Below, in pieces: positions 30,063-38,733 of a stretch of 64,000 nt of DNA (its first letter is position 1; every line of letters starts with the position of its first letter). Under the pieces are notes generated by a model. The model saw only the letters and a list, made by a program, of their open reading frames with translations, did no database searches and was not told the origin of the DNA. The stretch is from an uncultured bacterium (GTDB taxonomy: Bacteria; Omnitrophota; Omnitrophia; Omnitrophales; Aquincolibacteriaceae), in the NCBI GenBank assembly GCA_964420575.1, contig CAYQTU010000002.1:18534-82533 (forward strand). The letters run 5' to 3'. The position numbers were made by a program, and so were the translations under genes.

Positions 30063-30215
30063 CCGGCTTCCGCACCCGGGCATGCCGCCTTTTGGCCGCC
30101 TCTACACGCTTTTTCAGGTGTACGAACCGTTCGACTACGCTCCCTCGTCATATTTATTTTGCCTCGGGACCGTAGTCGAACGCTTCTAAGCCGGCATGCC
30201 GGGTGCGAATTCAAA
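30063..30215. repeat. long imperfect inverted repeat, candidate element boundary / recombination site
   Basis: TTCCGCACCCGGGCATGCCG...GAACCGTTCGACTACG (30063-30145) mirrored by CGTAGTCGAACG...CGGCATGCCGGGTGCGAA (30170-30212), asymmetric spacing; lies exactly where the + strand-only conjugation gene block begins. Confidence 0.5.
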
Positions 30216-30263
30216 GAAAAACTCCTTTTCCAACCTCTATTTTTAAAAAACAGAAAAAATATT

Positions 30264-30321
30264 TCTCAAAACCTACGAAAACCTATTCCGAACCCCCCTG
30301 TTTTGGCCCAATACTATGAGA
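30264..30321 (+). promoter_or_regulatory. conserved ~60-bp promoter-like element, copy 1 of 3
   Basis: TCTCAAAACCTACGAAAACCTATTCCGAA-N8-GTTTTGGCCCAATACTATGAG; near-identical copies at 47305-47365 and 52998-53063, all ~80-100 bp upstream of + strand genes. Confidence 0.6.
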
Positions 30322-30406
30322 GAACCTATAAATCAAAACGACCAGTCTTAAACCTGGTGCTACTTTTTTGGCCTTAAAGCCATAGACATAGAAAAGGAGA
30401 ACGACA

Positions 30407-30850
30407 ATGAAACGAGAACTGGACATCAGACGACGTGACTGTGCAATTTCCGTGAACTCGCAAAAGACCGTTTCCGGAAGTTTTTTGGCAAGATTGGGAA
30501 GGTTATTCGGTGCTGGCGTAAGTCTTGGTTTTGTGCTTTTTGTGGCCATAACCTCTTGCGCTTTGATGAACCGTGGTTCCAATTTTGCGTGGGCATCCTG
30601 GCAGGAGATGTGGAAAGAAGAAACACCGAAGCAGTCCCGGGAGATTGCGCTTCCGGTGCTGCCGAGCACCCGGAAAGCCCAACCCTATCGTCCGCAGGTT
30701 GTTGTGGCGCAGCAGCCATCCGTTATGGCTGCGGCGACCGTGAGACCTGTGGAGGATTACCGAATCGCGCAAGAGCGGCGCTTGCTTTTGAGCGATCTCT
30801 GGAGCCGTTTGAATCAGACGTTATCAACGGCCCGAAGTTTTTCGCGGTAA
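30407..30850 (+). CDS. hypothetical membrane protein
   Basis: RBS AAAGGAG 7 nt upstream of ATG; one TM helix (GAGVSLGFVLFVAITSCAL). Confidence 0.5.
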   Translation: MKRELDIRRRDCAISVNSQKTVSGSFLARLGRLFGAGVSLGFVLFVAITSCALMNRGSNFAWASWQEMWKEETPKQSREIALPVLPSTRKAQPYRPQVVVAQQPSVMAAATVRPVEDYRIAQERRLLLSDLWSRLNQTLSTARSFSR

Positions 30851-30946
30851 TCTTGATCGCAGGGTAAAAGGGGGAAGAGAGCAAATCTTCCCCCTTGCGG
30901 CGGTAAGCTTCTCCTTGGCGGGCCATTTCACAAGGAGGAGCTTCTA

Positions 30947-31711
30947 ATGAATCAACCGCCCGATAGCGAAAGTACCGCAATCGACGATTCTGACGATGAG
31001 TCAAAGATTATCACCCCGATTGAGTTAACGGATCGAGACATCGCGATTTTTAAATTGATCCACGAACACCGGTATTTGGCCTACGGCCAGATCCGGGAAG
31101 CGTTCTGGAAAGAGCGTTCGGAGTCGGCTAAAGCCTGTTACCGGCGGATCGAGCGGCTCATTAATTCAGGGTATCTTTCGAAAGGTTATTCCGGCCGAAA
31201 GAATCTGAACATCTATTTCGCGACCGAAAAATCCCTGGAGATCCTGAAAACTCGAAATCTCGATTCCGATATCCGACTTTATGAGCCCACCCCGTATTTC
31301 GATCGCTCCATCGACCATGATTTGAAAGTCGCAAGCGTAAGGATTTTCTTCCGGGAGTTTGGCCTGAGTGACTGGACCCCCGAAAGGGTGTTAAGGGAAC
31401 GCGATCATTTCTTTCGCGTCCCGGACGGTGTTTTGAATATTCGCGGGAAAAAGCTCGCAATCGAGTTCGAAAATCATCTGACGAAGAGCATGAAACGCTA
31501 TCAGGAAGTTTTTGATTATTACAGCGATCACAAGATCTATCTCCTGCTTCTCATGATTATCGACGGGGATACCAAGGACTGGCTCGTTCACGGAATGCGC
31601 TATAACGCCCAGAAGATCTGGATCACAACGTATCAGGAGCTGCTGAATGACAGGGAAGACACGCTTTTTGAAAATAAACGGGCCAGTTTCAAGCTGAGCC
31701 GGCTCTTTTAG
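30947..31711 (+). CDS. replication-relaxation (Replic_Relax) family protein
   Basis: 254 aa; N-terminal wHTH-like LTDRDIAIFKLIHEHRYLAYGQIREAFW...RRIERLINSGYL and C-terminal core HDLKVASVRIFF...VPDGVLNIRGKKLAIEFENH typical of this mobile-element family; RBS AAGGAGG. Confidence 0.55.
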   Translation: MNQPPDSESTAIDDSDDESKIITPIELTDRDIAIFKLIHEHRYLAYGQIREAFWKERSESAKACYRRIERLINSGYLSKGYSGRKNLNIYFATEKSLEILKTRNLDSDIRLYEPTPYFDRSIDHDLKVASVRIFFREFGLSDWTPERVLRERDHFFRVPDGVLNIRGKKLAIEFENHLTKSMKRYQEVFDYYSDHKIYLLLLMIIDGDTKDWLVHGMRYNAQKIWITTYQELLNDREDTLFENKRASFKLSRLF

Positions 31712-31719
31712 GGGGCGCG

Positions 31720-33540
31720 ATGCAAAAACCTCCTGTTAAAAGAGAACCGTTCCTCGTCCGTATGATCGGCGGGATTTTTGTGGGGATCCCTTTCGGGATT
31801 TCGAAGAGCATTCTGAATCTTTTGACGAGCCTTAAGCGTCCATCGCTTCAAAGACTGATCCCTGGGATACTTGTCTCGTTTTCGCTGTTTTGTGTTTTAA
31901 GGCTCGGCGCTCTTTTCGATCTGCTCGACCTTCTCTTTCAAAGCAGGCGGGTCGATCCCGGCTGGGCTGCGGGCGTGAAATTCGGGTTCTTTTTCCTGCT
32001 TTATCTCGTCATCACTCTCCCCGTTTTCCTGTGCTTTGCTTATTTGAATCAGGAAGCACGATTTTTCAAACAGGATCCAGTCAAACGAGACCCGTCTCCG
32101 GAACGGATGCGGTCTTTCCGCATGAAATCCGATTATCACAAGGTTTATCTGGGGTACGGCCTGAACCAGGAGAAACCTCTTTATCTCACCAACGACCAGC
32201 GCCTGATGCACTGCGAGGTGGTGGGAAGCACCGGCACCGGAAAAACGGAGTCCGTGCTTCTTCCGATGCTCGCCCATGACATCTCGCATGGGAAAGGCGC
32301 GATCATCATTGACGGAAAAGGGGACCTGGAACTCAGGGACAAGATCCGTTACATCGTCCATAAACAGAAGCGCGAGGATGACTTTTACTTCTTCTCGTTA
32401 AGCCATCCCCAAAAATCGAATACTTATAACCCGCTTTACCGCGGGAACCCCACGGAACTGAAAGACAAGCTCGTCAACAGCATGTCCTGGAGCGAGGAGT
32501 TTTACCGGCGCATGGCGGAACAAGCTGCGCTCACGCTTCTTAACGCCATCGCTTCCGCAGGCCGGAAACCCCGGTTTCGCGAGCTTCACGGCTATTTAAC
32601 GGACCTGCAAGCCTTACAAAAACTCTCGGATGAAACCAGGAGCCCGGTCCTGAAGGAAGACATTGGAAAAATGGTCACGGGTTTCAAGGACAATCACAAG
32701 TTTCTGGCCGGGTTAATATCCGATCTTTTCCTCACCTCAAGGAGCGAGTTCTCGGACCTTCTGGATACGGATGATCCCGATATCGATCTGCTTTCGCTTT
32801 ACGAGAATAACCAAATCTGCTATTTCGCGCTCGATCTTCAGAAATACGCGGATACTTCGCGGCGTCTCGGCCGGATGATCATCCAGGATATCCGTGCCGC
32901 TTCGAGCCATATCGTGTCCCATCTTACGGCTTACCGCCGTCATTTCTTCCCGGTGTTTATCGATGACGCCTCGAGTTTTTTGGAGCTTAATTTCATCGAT
33001 TTCCTGAATAAATGCCGGGCGAGCGGATATGCCGTTACGATTCTCCATCAATCCCTGGGGGACCTTGTTTACCGGGGGATGTCCAATTTCCAACAGCAGG
33101 TGGTCGAGAACACCAATATCAAGGTCATTTTGCGCCAGGATGATCCCTTTTCCGTGGAGAAGTTCGTGAAAATCGCCGGGACGCGCCGCACCATGATCGC
33201 GACTTACCAGACGCAGGAACAAATCCTTGGAAAAGGACTGACCGGCGCGGGCTCCGTTCGCGAAGGCCAGACTTTCCGCATCGAGCCGGACCTGATCCGG
33301 GGCCTTAAACGCGGCGAGGCCGCCTTGATCTGGAAAAACCCGTCTTTGTTGACCGATCATATTAAACTCGATTTCTTCGGGTACTCGAGTTATCCGGAAG
33401 AACCGTCCTCAAAAGACAACGGGGAGAAGATTCCAAAGAAAAAACGTGCAATAAAAACTCTCACCGAAGAAAAGGAGAAAACTCATGAGGAGATCAAAAA
33501 TCCGCTTGATATCATCAATCAATTAGAAAAAGAGAAATGA
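31720..33540 (+). CDS. type IV secretion coupling protein (VirD4/TraD/TraG-like ATPase)
   Basis: N-terminal TM helices, Walker A VVGSTGTGKTES, Walker B-like region FFPVFIDDASSFL, 606 aa. Confidence 0.8.
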   Translation: MQKPPVKREPFLVRMIGGIFVGIPFGISKSILNLLTSLKRPSLQRLIPGILVSFSLFCVLRLGALFDLLDLLFQSRRVDPGWAAGVKFGFFFLLYLVITLPVFLCFAYLNQEARFFKQDPVKRDPSPERMRSFRMKSDYHKVYLGYGLNQEKPLYLTNDQRLMHCEVVGSTGTGKTESVLLPMLAHDISHGKGAIIIDGKGDLELRDKIRYIVHKQKREDDFYFFSLSHPQKSNTYNPLYRGNPTELKDKLVNSMSWSEEFYRRMAEQAALTLLNAIASAGRKPRFRELHGYLTDLQALQKLSDETRSPVLKEDIGKMVTGFKDNHKFLAGLISDLFLTSRSEFSDLLDTDDPDIDLLSLYENNQICYFALDLQKYADTSRRLGRMIIQDIRAASSHIVSHLTAYRRHFFPVFIDDASSFLELNFIDFLNKCRASGYAVTILHQSLGDLVYRGMSNFQQQVVENTNIKVILRQDDPFSVEKFVKIAGTRRTMIATYQTQEQILGKGLTGAGSVREGQTFRIEPDLIRGLKRGEAALIWKNPSLLTDHIKLDFFGYSSYPEEPSSKDNGEKIPKKKRAIKTLTEEKEKTHEEIKNPLDIINQLEKEK

Positions 33541-33585
33541 AAATAACCGCTATTTAAAAGAGTTTCATAAGCGTTCGAGTTGCAA

Positions 33586-33633
33586 GGGGAGAGCACTGGG
33601 TTTCGATCCGGCCGCTCTCCTCTTTTTTATTTT
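33586..33633 (+). terminator. rho-independent terminator
   Basis: GGGGAGAGC...GCTCTCC stem followed by TTTTTTATTTT. Confidence 0.65.
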
Positions 33634-33728
33634 CAGCCCGGAAAAAGGAGGTGATTTTGGCAAAGAAAAAAGCTTCAGCAGTTTCATAAATGTTTCAAAA
33701 AACCAATAAATCCAAAAGGAGAAAGACA

Positions 33729-34241
33729 ATGAATACCAAGAAAGAAAGCACCAAACACAGCGACAAGATCATCAAGGACGTTCCGCGTTTCGAGAACGAT
33801 ATTTACCGCGTCAGTTCGTGGACCGGTAAGGACGGAGCGTCCTTTTTGGATCTTCACGTGTATTACAAGAAGAACGGGGAGTTCACAAAAACGAAGGAAG
33901 GGATGAACGTCCGCTCGGACTTCCGCAAGGAAATCGCGGAAGCTCTTGTGGCCGCGAAATCCGCTCCGGCGCTTTCCCTTCCCGCCGAAGGCAAGAACTG
34001 TGAAACGGTTCTCGTGACAAGCGTCTCGATTTCCGAAACCGAGCAGTACCAGGTTTCGAAAGTCCGCGGTCCGAAGAACAGTTTCGTGCGGATCTCGTAC
34101 GCCTTCAAGGGGGACGAAGGAAACTTCATCCCGAATGGCAAGAAAGCCCTGTCCATTCTGGAGTCTTCCGTGGAAGGCGTGGTGGAGGCCCTCAAAAGCC
34201 CGGAAGCCGAGCCTGCGAAGGCGGCCGTTCACGCCGCTTAA
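33729..34241 (+). CDS. tandem PC4/YdbC-like putative ssDNA-binding protein
   Basis: ATG at 33729 after RBS AAAAGGAGAAAG. Two repeats resembling the PC4 fold signature: IYRVSSWTGKDGASFLDLHVYYKKNGEFTKTKEGMNV and YQVSKVRGPKNSFVRISYAFKGDEGNFIPNGKKALSI. Confidence 0.45.
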   Translation: MNTKKESTKHSDKIIKDVPRFENDIYRVSSWTGKDGASFLDLHVYYKKNGEFTKTKEGMNVRSDFRKEIAEALVAAKSAPALSLPAEGKNCETVLVTSVSISETEQYQVSKVRGPKNSFVRISYAFKGDEGNFIPNGKKALSILESSVEGVVEALKSPEAEPAKAAVHAA

Positions 34242-34268
34242 TTCGCGCGGTATCAACCGGAAACTTAA

Positions 34269-34312
34269 GGGAGAGGTGGTTTTAACAAAACCGCTTCTCC
34301 CTTTTTGTTTTT
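34269..34312 (+). terminator. rho-independent terminator
   Basis: GGGAGAGGTGGTTTT-AAC-AAAACCGCTTCTCCC stem then TTTTTGTTTTT. Confidence 0.6.
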
Positions 34313-34495
34313 CAAGGAGGAGGTGATTTTTGTGCGGCTCATCATTCGCAAGCAGGATGAACTAAAACACGCCCATCTGATCCAGCGTTTCAAGCGCTTC
34401 GGCTGGGAAGTGATCGTGAAATGAATATCGGAACATGGGCGGGAAGTAACGCGTTCATTCCCGCCCATGTCTTCTACCGGGAAAGGAGTAGTCGT

Positions 34496-34726
34496 ATGAC
34501 GCGTTGTATTCGTTGCAAGAAAAGAATCAAAAGGAACGGTTATCAAATTTCTATCGTAAGACGGACAAGATCCGCGAACATTTTTAAGCCCGTATTTTTT
34601 TGGCACAGGGTTCTTGTCTCATTTTTGTGCTGGGCTTGCGTTCAAAATCCGGTCCGAATTGACAGGTTATTCAACCCAAAAGAAAAAAAGCAGGCTCTGA
34701 AACTTGCCCGGCTACGGGACTGGTAA
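34496..34726 (+). CDS. hypothetical small basic Cys-containing protein
   Basis: ATG 34496 preceded by GAAAGGAG; the ORF-track start (34421) would run through a perfect 11-bp hairpin (34433-34470), so the downstream start is preferred. Confidence 0.4.
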   Translation: MTRCIRCKKRIKRNGYQISIVRRTRSANIFKPVFFWHRVLVSFLCWACVQNPVRIDRLFNPKEKKQALKLARLRDW

Positions 34727-34740
34727 AGGAGGTTTTAAAG

Positions 34741-35199
34741 ATGCTTACACGCAAAGAATTACTCGAAATCGTGAATGAATTGAACAGCCAGAACGCCGGC
34801 CGCCAGGTCGGATACATCTCAGGTTACCGCGATCAATGGTTCATCGGGGGTTATATCGGCAGGGATAACTCCGACCGTCAGGAACTCGAACTGCATTTTT
34901 GTCAGGGGAGGAATGTCGGCCGGATCAATTTCAACGGCGGGTACACGGTTACGTTGGATATTACCCGTTGCAAGAACCAGCAGGAGGTGTTCGAGGAATT
35001 CGAACTCCTCGATCATCACAAGCGCTGCGAGAAGGAGCGGGCGGAAGAGCGGCAGGCAAAACTCGATGCCCGCTGTTTACGCTGCGTCAATTTTCTCGGA
35101 AGACTTACGAGAAACTGCAAACCCTCTTCAGAGTGCGGCTACAAACGTACTCGCCGCCGCGTCAAAGAAGCCCTAGCCTCGGTTAACGCCGGCTCATGA
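34741..35199 (+). CDS. hypothetical protein
   Basis: RBS AAAGGAGG 8 nt upstream; 152 aa; C-terminal Cys pairs. Confidence 0.55.
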   Translation: MLTRKELLEIVNELNSQNAGRQVGYISGYRDQWFIGGYIGRDNSDRQELELHFCQGRNVGRINFNGGYTVTLDITRCKNQQEVFEEFELLDHHKRCEKERAEERQAKLDARCLRCVNFLGRLTRNCKPSSECGYKRTRRRVKEALASVNAGS

Positions 35200-35483
35200 C
35201 CGTTAACAGAAAGGAAACTCTTATGCAACTCACTCGCCTCACCAAAAAAATTCATGGCAGTACCGCCTATATCTTCACGCCGATTCAGCAGGAAACCGGG
35301 AAGCGGATCAAACTCTGGATCAAAGAGAAATGGACCCCGAGAGGAAGATTAACCGGTTTTGACGTTACGGACGCGCGGACGGGAAGGAAATACCAGGCTA
35401 GAACCGCGCACTGCGATTTAGAGGGCTGTATTTGCGATGCCGTCATTCTCGGTTATCCCTCCCGACCCGATCGCAAAAAATAA
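35196..35483 (+). CDS. hypothetical protein
   Basis: 95-aa ORF overlapping previous stop; alternative ATG at 35223 with AAAGGAAA RBS. Confidence 0.45.
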   Translation: MTVNRKETLMQLTRLTKKIHGSTAYIFTPIQQETGKRIKLWIKEKWTPRGRLTGFDVTDARTGRKYQARTAHCDLEGCICDAVILGYPSRPDRKK

Positions 35484-35516
35484 GCGTCGTCTCAAATCAA
35501 ACCTAAGGAGAAAGTT

Positions 35517-35873
35517 ATGAAACTAAGAAAAAGAGAACTCGCCACCGTGCTTGCCGCGCTTCGAATGTTTCAGGCCCGGCCATCCACCGAAACCGGTCAT
35601 TTTGAGGATGTCCGGCCGCTTGGCGCAAAAAAGATTGATGGTCTGTGCGAGCGTCTAAATTGCGGTGTTTGTATCGGAGGGCTCAGCCACCGTAAGAATA
35701 AGGTCTTAAAGATCGTGGTGCATATCGAGGAAGGAATCGTTCAGGCGGTATACGCGAACGTTCCAAAAGCGAACGTCAGTGTTTATGACACTGATCCCGA
35801 ATTTAGAGAACTCGAGAAAGAGAAAAGGAATTTGAAACGGGCCATTAAGGGATTAATCGACGTTCGTAAATAA
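35517..35873 (+). CDS. hypothetical protein
   Basis: RBS TAAGGAGAAAG; 118 aa. Confidence 0.55.
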   Translation: MKLRKRELATVLAALRMFQARPSTETGHFEDVRPLGAKKIDGLCERLNCGVCIGGLSHRKNKVLKIVVHIEEGIVQAVYANVPKANVSVYDTDPEFRELEKEKRNLKRAIKGLIDVRK

Positions 35874-35899
35874 ACCGCACCATTCATTTAGAAATTCAC

Positions 35900-35936
35900 C
35901 GGGCAGGGCCGTGAAAGCGTCCCTGCCTTTTTCATT
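35900..35936 (+). terminator. rho-independent terminator
   Basis: GGCAGGG-CCGTGAAAGCGT-CCCTGCC then TTTTTCATT. Confidence 0.6.
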
Positions 35937-35952
35937 AAAGGAGGGAGAGTTT

Positions 35953-36456
35953 ATGGAATATCCGAACCGCGAAACGCTTCAAGCGGAGCTTTACCAGGAC
36001 CTGAAAAAACTGCTTCTTGAATATCACTCCGGTCTTTTTGAAACGAAGAAAAAGGAGGATGAAGGGGAACTTCTTATCAAGAAACTTTATCTCGATTCGC
36101 AGGAGGGCTGCGTTCCCGACGAATTTATCGGGGAGGAACTTCTCTATGCCGTGAAAGAGAAGTTTTACGCGATTTTCAGCGTGATCCGGGACAAAGTAGC
36201 GGCGGATTATTTGCACAAGAAGAACATCCATTGCCCCCCGATTTCAATTCTCATTGAAGCCTCGTATGAGGATGTCACGTATGTCGTTGTCTTGTTTCAA
36301 AACGCAGTGATCTCGGAGTACAACGCGAAGGCCTGGAATTTCGTGTGGATTTCACCCGAGGAACTCCAAAAAGAAATGGCGGATCTCTTTTACAAGATGA
36401 GGGACCGCCTTAACCAGTATTTCGTCGAAGGCATTCGCTACGTTAAACAAAAATGA
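35953..36456 (+). CDS. hypothetical protein
   Basis: ATG 35953 with AAAGGAGGGAG RBS (ORF-track start 35911 overlaps the terminator hairpin). Confidence 0.55.
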   Translation: MEYPNRETLQAELYQDLKKLLLEYHSGLFETKKKEDEGELLIKKLYLDSQEGCVPDEFIGEELLYAVKEKFYAIFSVIRDKVAADYLHKKNIHCPPISILIEASYEDVTYVVVLFQNAVISEYNAKAWNFVWISPEELQKEMADLFYKMRDRLNQYFVEGIRYVKQK

Positions 36457-36486
36457 CCCTGCTCACTTTAAAAGGAGAACATTCCC

Positions 36487-37593
36487 ATGAAGAAACTTTA
36501 TACAGAGTACAAAGGCATTTACGTGCTTCAGGATCCGGGGGATCTCGCGGCCCTGAAACTTGATTCGTGCGTTGTTTCAAGGAAAAGACACCAGATTTAT
36601 ATCGCTCCGCTTGAGAATCTTCAAACAAAGCAGGTGGAGGACAAGCGTAGTTCCGGGTATTCCGACCCTGTTTTCGGATTTTACGCCGCGAAACCCGAAA
36701 GATTCCTCGTGATTAATGGCGAGCGCAAGAACTCGAAATTCTGCGATCTTTGCAAGGACCGGTTGCACGGGATCACCGGCAACTGTTTTAACTATGGGGC
36801 GAAACCAGGCGGCTGTTCTTTCCGTCCGGCAAAGGCTCCGGGGAAATTCAATATCTCGCTTGCCGGATGGAAGTATTTAAAGCCCTCGCGCGTCAATCAA
36901 TACTCACCCTTTAAGAAACCTTGGAGCGCGGAATACATCCATCTCGATTCGAAAATAATTAACCGGAACAAACGCGCCCTCGCCGCGCGCAATGATTTTT
37001 GGGGCCAGCTTGAGAAGAAGAAGGCGAAATATTGCGCCCGCTGCATCTTCAAAGGCCGCTGTTACATGAACAGCATGCGGATCGCAGAGCGCTGCATGGT
37101 CACGGTCGAGAAAACCGAGAAACGCTCTTTAGGGAAAATTCATTCGAGATTCGGAAGTGTTGAGGAGTTTTTGAACCGGCTTGCTTATTGCGGGAAGGAG
37201 ATCGTCTGCCGTCCGAAGGGCGAGAAGCGGAAAACGAGGTGGGTGGTCACGAAACCCGTAGGCCGTAACAAATTCCTCATTCGAAAAAGAAGCCGGCCTT
37301 TCAAAAGAGCGATCGTTTCAAAGACGAGAATCGAAAGAAACGTGGTTCCGGAAGCGTTGCCGTCGCTTGAGCGTGAGAAGATAGCGACTTTTGCCTGGTA
37401 CTTTTTCGAAAAGTACTGCGCGAAAGATCAGGACGCGTACCGGGGATACCGGGGCCGCACGATTCGTATTCTTTCGGTCACTCCGGTTCCTAGCGGCATC
37501 GAGGTGAGCTATTACCCTTACGGCTGGGGCACTCCAAGCATCTCTCGAAAACAATTCCATTCATTTAATGAGATTGTGAGTTTCGAGCGTTGA
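36487..37593 (+). CDS. Cys-rich hypothetical protein, paralog A of tandem pair
   Basis: 368 aa; RBS AAAGGAGAAC; conserved with 37622..38680 over whole length (KFCDLCKDRLHGITGNCFN / CSFRPA / KYCARCIFKGRCYMNSMRIAERCMVT). Confidence 0.7.
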   Translation: MKKLYTEYKGIYVLQDPGDLAALKLDSCVVSRKRHQIYIAPLENLQTKQVEDKRSSGYSDPVFGFYAAKPERFLVINGERKNSKFCDLCKDRLHGITGNCFNYGAKPGGCSFRPAKAPGKFNISLAGWKYLKPSRVNQYSPFKKPWSAEYIHLDSKIINRNKRALAARNDFWGQLEKKKAKYCARCIFKGRCYMNSMRIAERCMVTVEKTEKRSLGKIHSRFGSVEEFLNRLAYCGKEIVCRPKGEKRKTRWVVTKPVGRNKFLIRKRSRPFKRAIVSKTRIERNVVPEALPSLEREKIATFAWYFFEKYCAKDQDAYRGYRGRTIRILSVTPVPSGIEVSYYPYGWGTPSISRKQFHSFNEIVSFER

Positions 37594-37621
37594 TTCACAT
37601 TCAAACCAAAGGAGAACCAAG

Positions 37622-38680
37622 ATGGAAAAAGTTTATACGGAGATCGATGGGACTTATGTTTTTCCGAAGCCCCGCGACCTTAGATCCCTCAAGCCTGATT
37701 CGTGCGCGGTACGGATCATGAAGGATAAACCCTGCGTGATTCCATTGAAAAATCTTCAGGGGAAGGAGGTCGAGAATGGGAACCGGCACGGCTATTCTTG
37801 CGTGTGGGGATATCACGACGATAAGAGCGATCCTTACATCGTCATGAACGGCGAGAAAAAGAAACCGAAGTTCTGCGATTTCTGTAAGGACCGTTTGAGC
37901 GGGATTACCGGCAATTGCCTGAACCGGGCCGTTAAACCCTCAGGATGTTCGTTCCAGCCGGCGGATGATTTGAAGCCTTTTGAGATCAATTTGACGGGCT
38001 GGAAGAAACTCCGTGCGATCGATCTCAACGAACGGACTCCTTTTTTAAAACCGTACATGGGCGGTGTTTCTTTTGATCCGAAACTCATCAAACAAAACCG
38101 AAAAATCCGGATGATCGCGAGGCACCTCCCGGAATATCAGGAACGGAAGCTCGAGAAATACTGTTCCCGCTGTATTTTTCAGGGAACTTGTTATCTCTAT
38201 AGCACTAAAGTGGCCGAGCACTGCATGGTCACCGAGGAAAAGACCATAAAAGGGTGTTTGGTGCAGATTCGGCGGCGGTTTGGGAACGTCGATGAATACC
38301 TCGGAATGCTTGCTTACTGCGGCGGCAAATTGACGTACAAACCCGAGGGGCAACCCCAAGAATCGGAATGGCGGGTCTCGCAGCCTTTCAGCAAGAAACA
38401 GTATGAGATCGTCGGGTCTTATTCCGGGTATAGCGGTTCGAAAGCACCAAGAAAACTCGTCGAGGATTCCGTAACGCCCGTTCGTGTTCCGACACGGAAT
38501 CGTGAAAAGATCGCGGCCCTCGCCTGGTATTACCTGGATCACTATCCTTTTCACCGGCTCTGGATTTCGCTTAAACAGGGGGGTATTGAAGCGACGCATC
38601 AAGTGCACGGCCACAACCGTTTCTTCCGCGCTGAGGTTTTTACGTCCTTCAACGAGATCCATTACTTCTTCTGTCGTTAG
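37622..38680 (+). CDS. Cys-rich hypothetical protein, paralog B of tandem pair
   Basis: 352 aa; RBS AAAGGAGAACC; KFCDFCKDRLSGITGNCLN / CSFQPA / KYCSRCIFQGTCYLYSTKVAEHCMVT. Confidence 0.7.
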   Translation: MEKVYTEIDGTYVFPKPRDLRSLKPDSCAVRIMKDKPCVIPLKNLQGKEVENGNRHGYSCVWGYHDDKSDPYIVMNGEKKKPKFCDFCKDRLSGITGNCLNRAVKPSGCSFQPADDLKPFEINLTGWKKLRAIDLNERTPFLKPYMGGVSFDPKLIKQNRKIRMIARHLPEYQERKLEKYCSRCIFQGTCYLYSTKVAEHCMVTEEKTIKGCLVQIRRRFGNVDEYLGMLAYCGGKLTYKPEGQPQESEWRVSQPFSKKQYEIVGSYSGYSGSKAPRKLVEDSVTPVRVPTRNREKIAALAWYYLDHYPFHRLWISLKQGGIEATHQVHGHNRFFRAEVFTSFNEIHYFFCR

Positions 38681-38733
38681 TCCTTTCACTTAATTTCAAA
38701 TCCATCACAAAAAACCAAGGGAGAAAACTGTTT

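Noticed and set aside
30264-30321. Reading the conserved motif (TGGCCCAATACTATG) as a sigma-54 -24/-12 promoter
   Set aside because: A TGGC is present but the -12 TTGC(A) element at the required 4-5 nt spacing is absent in all three copies; no enhancer-binding protein gene seen.
30159-30377. ORF-track CDS (72 aa) and its look-alike 52940..53170
   Set aside because: Both span copies of the conserved intergenic repeat and share peptide sequence only because they translate the repeat; no RBS; overlap promoter-like DNA.
33684-34256. Minus-strand 190-aa ORF overlapping the PC4-like gene
   Set aside because: Antisense to an RBS-preceded gene flanked by two + strand terminators.
38045-38689. Minus-strand 214-aa ORF
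   Set aside because: Embedded antisense in paralog B (37622..38680), which is supported by its paralogy with 36487..37593.
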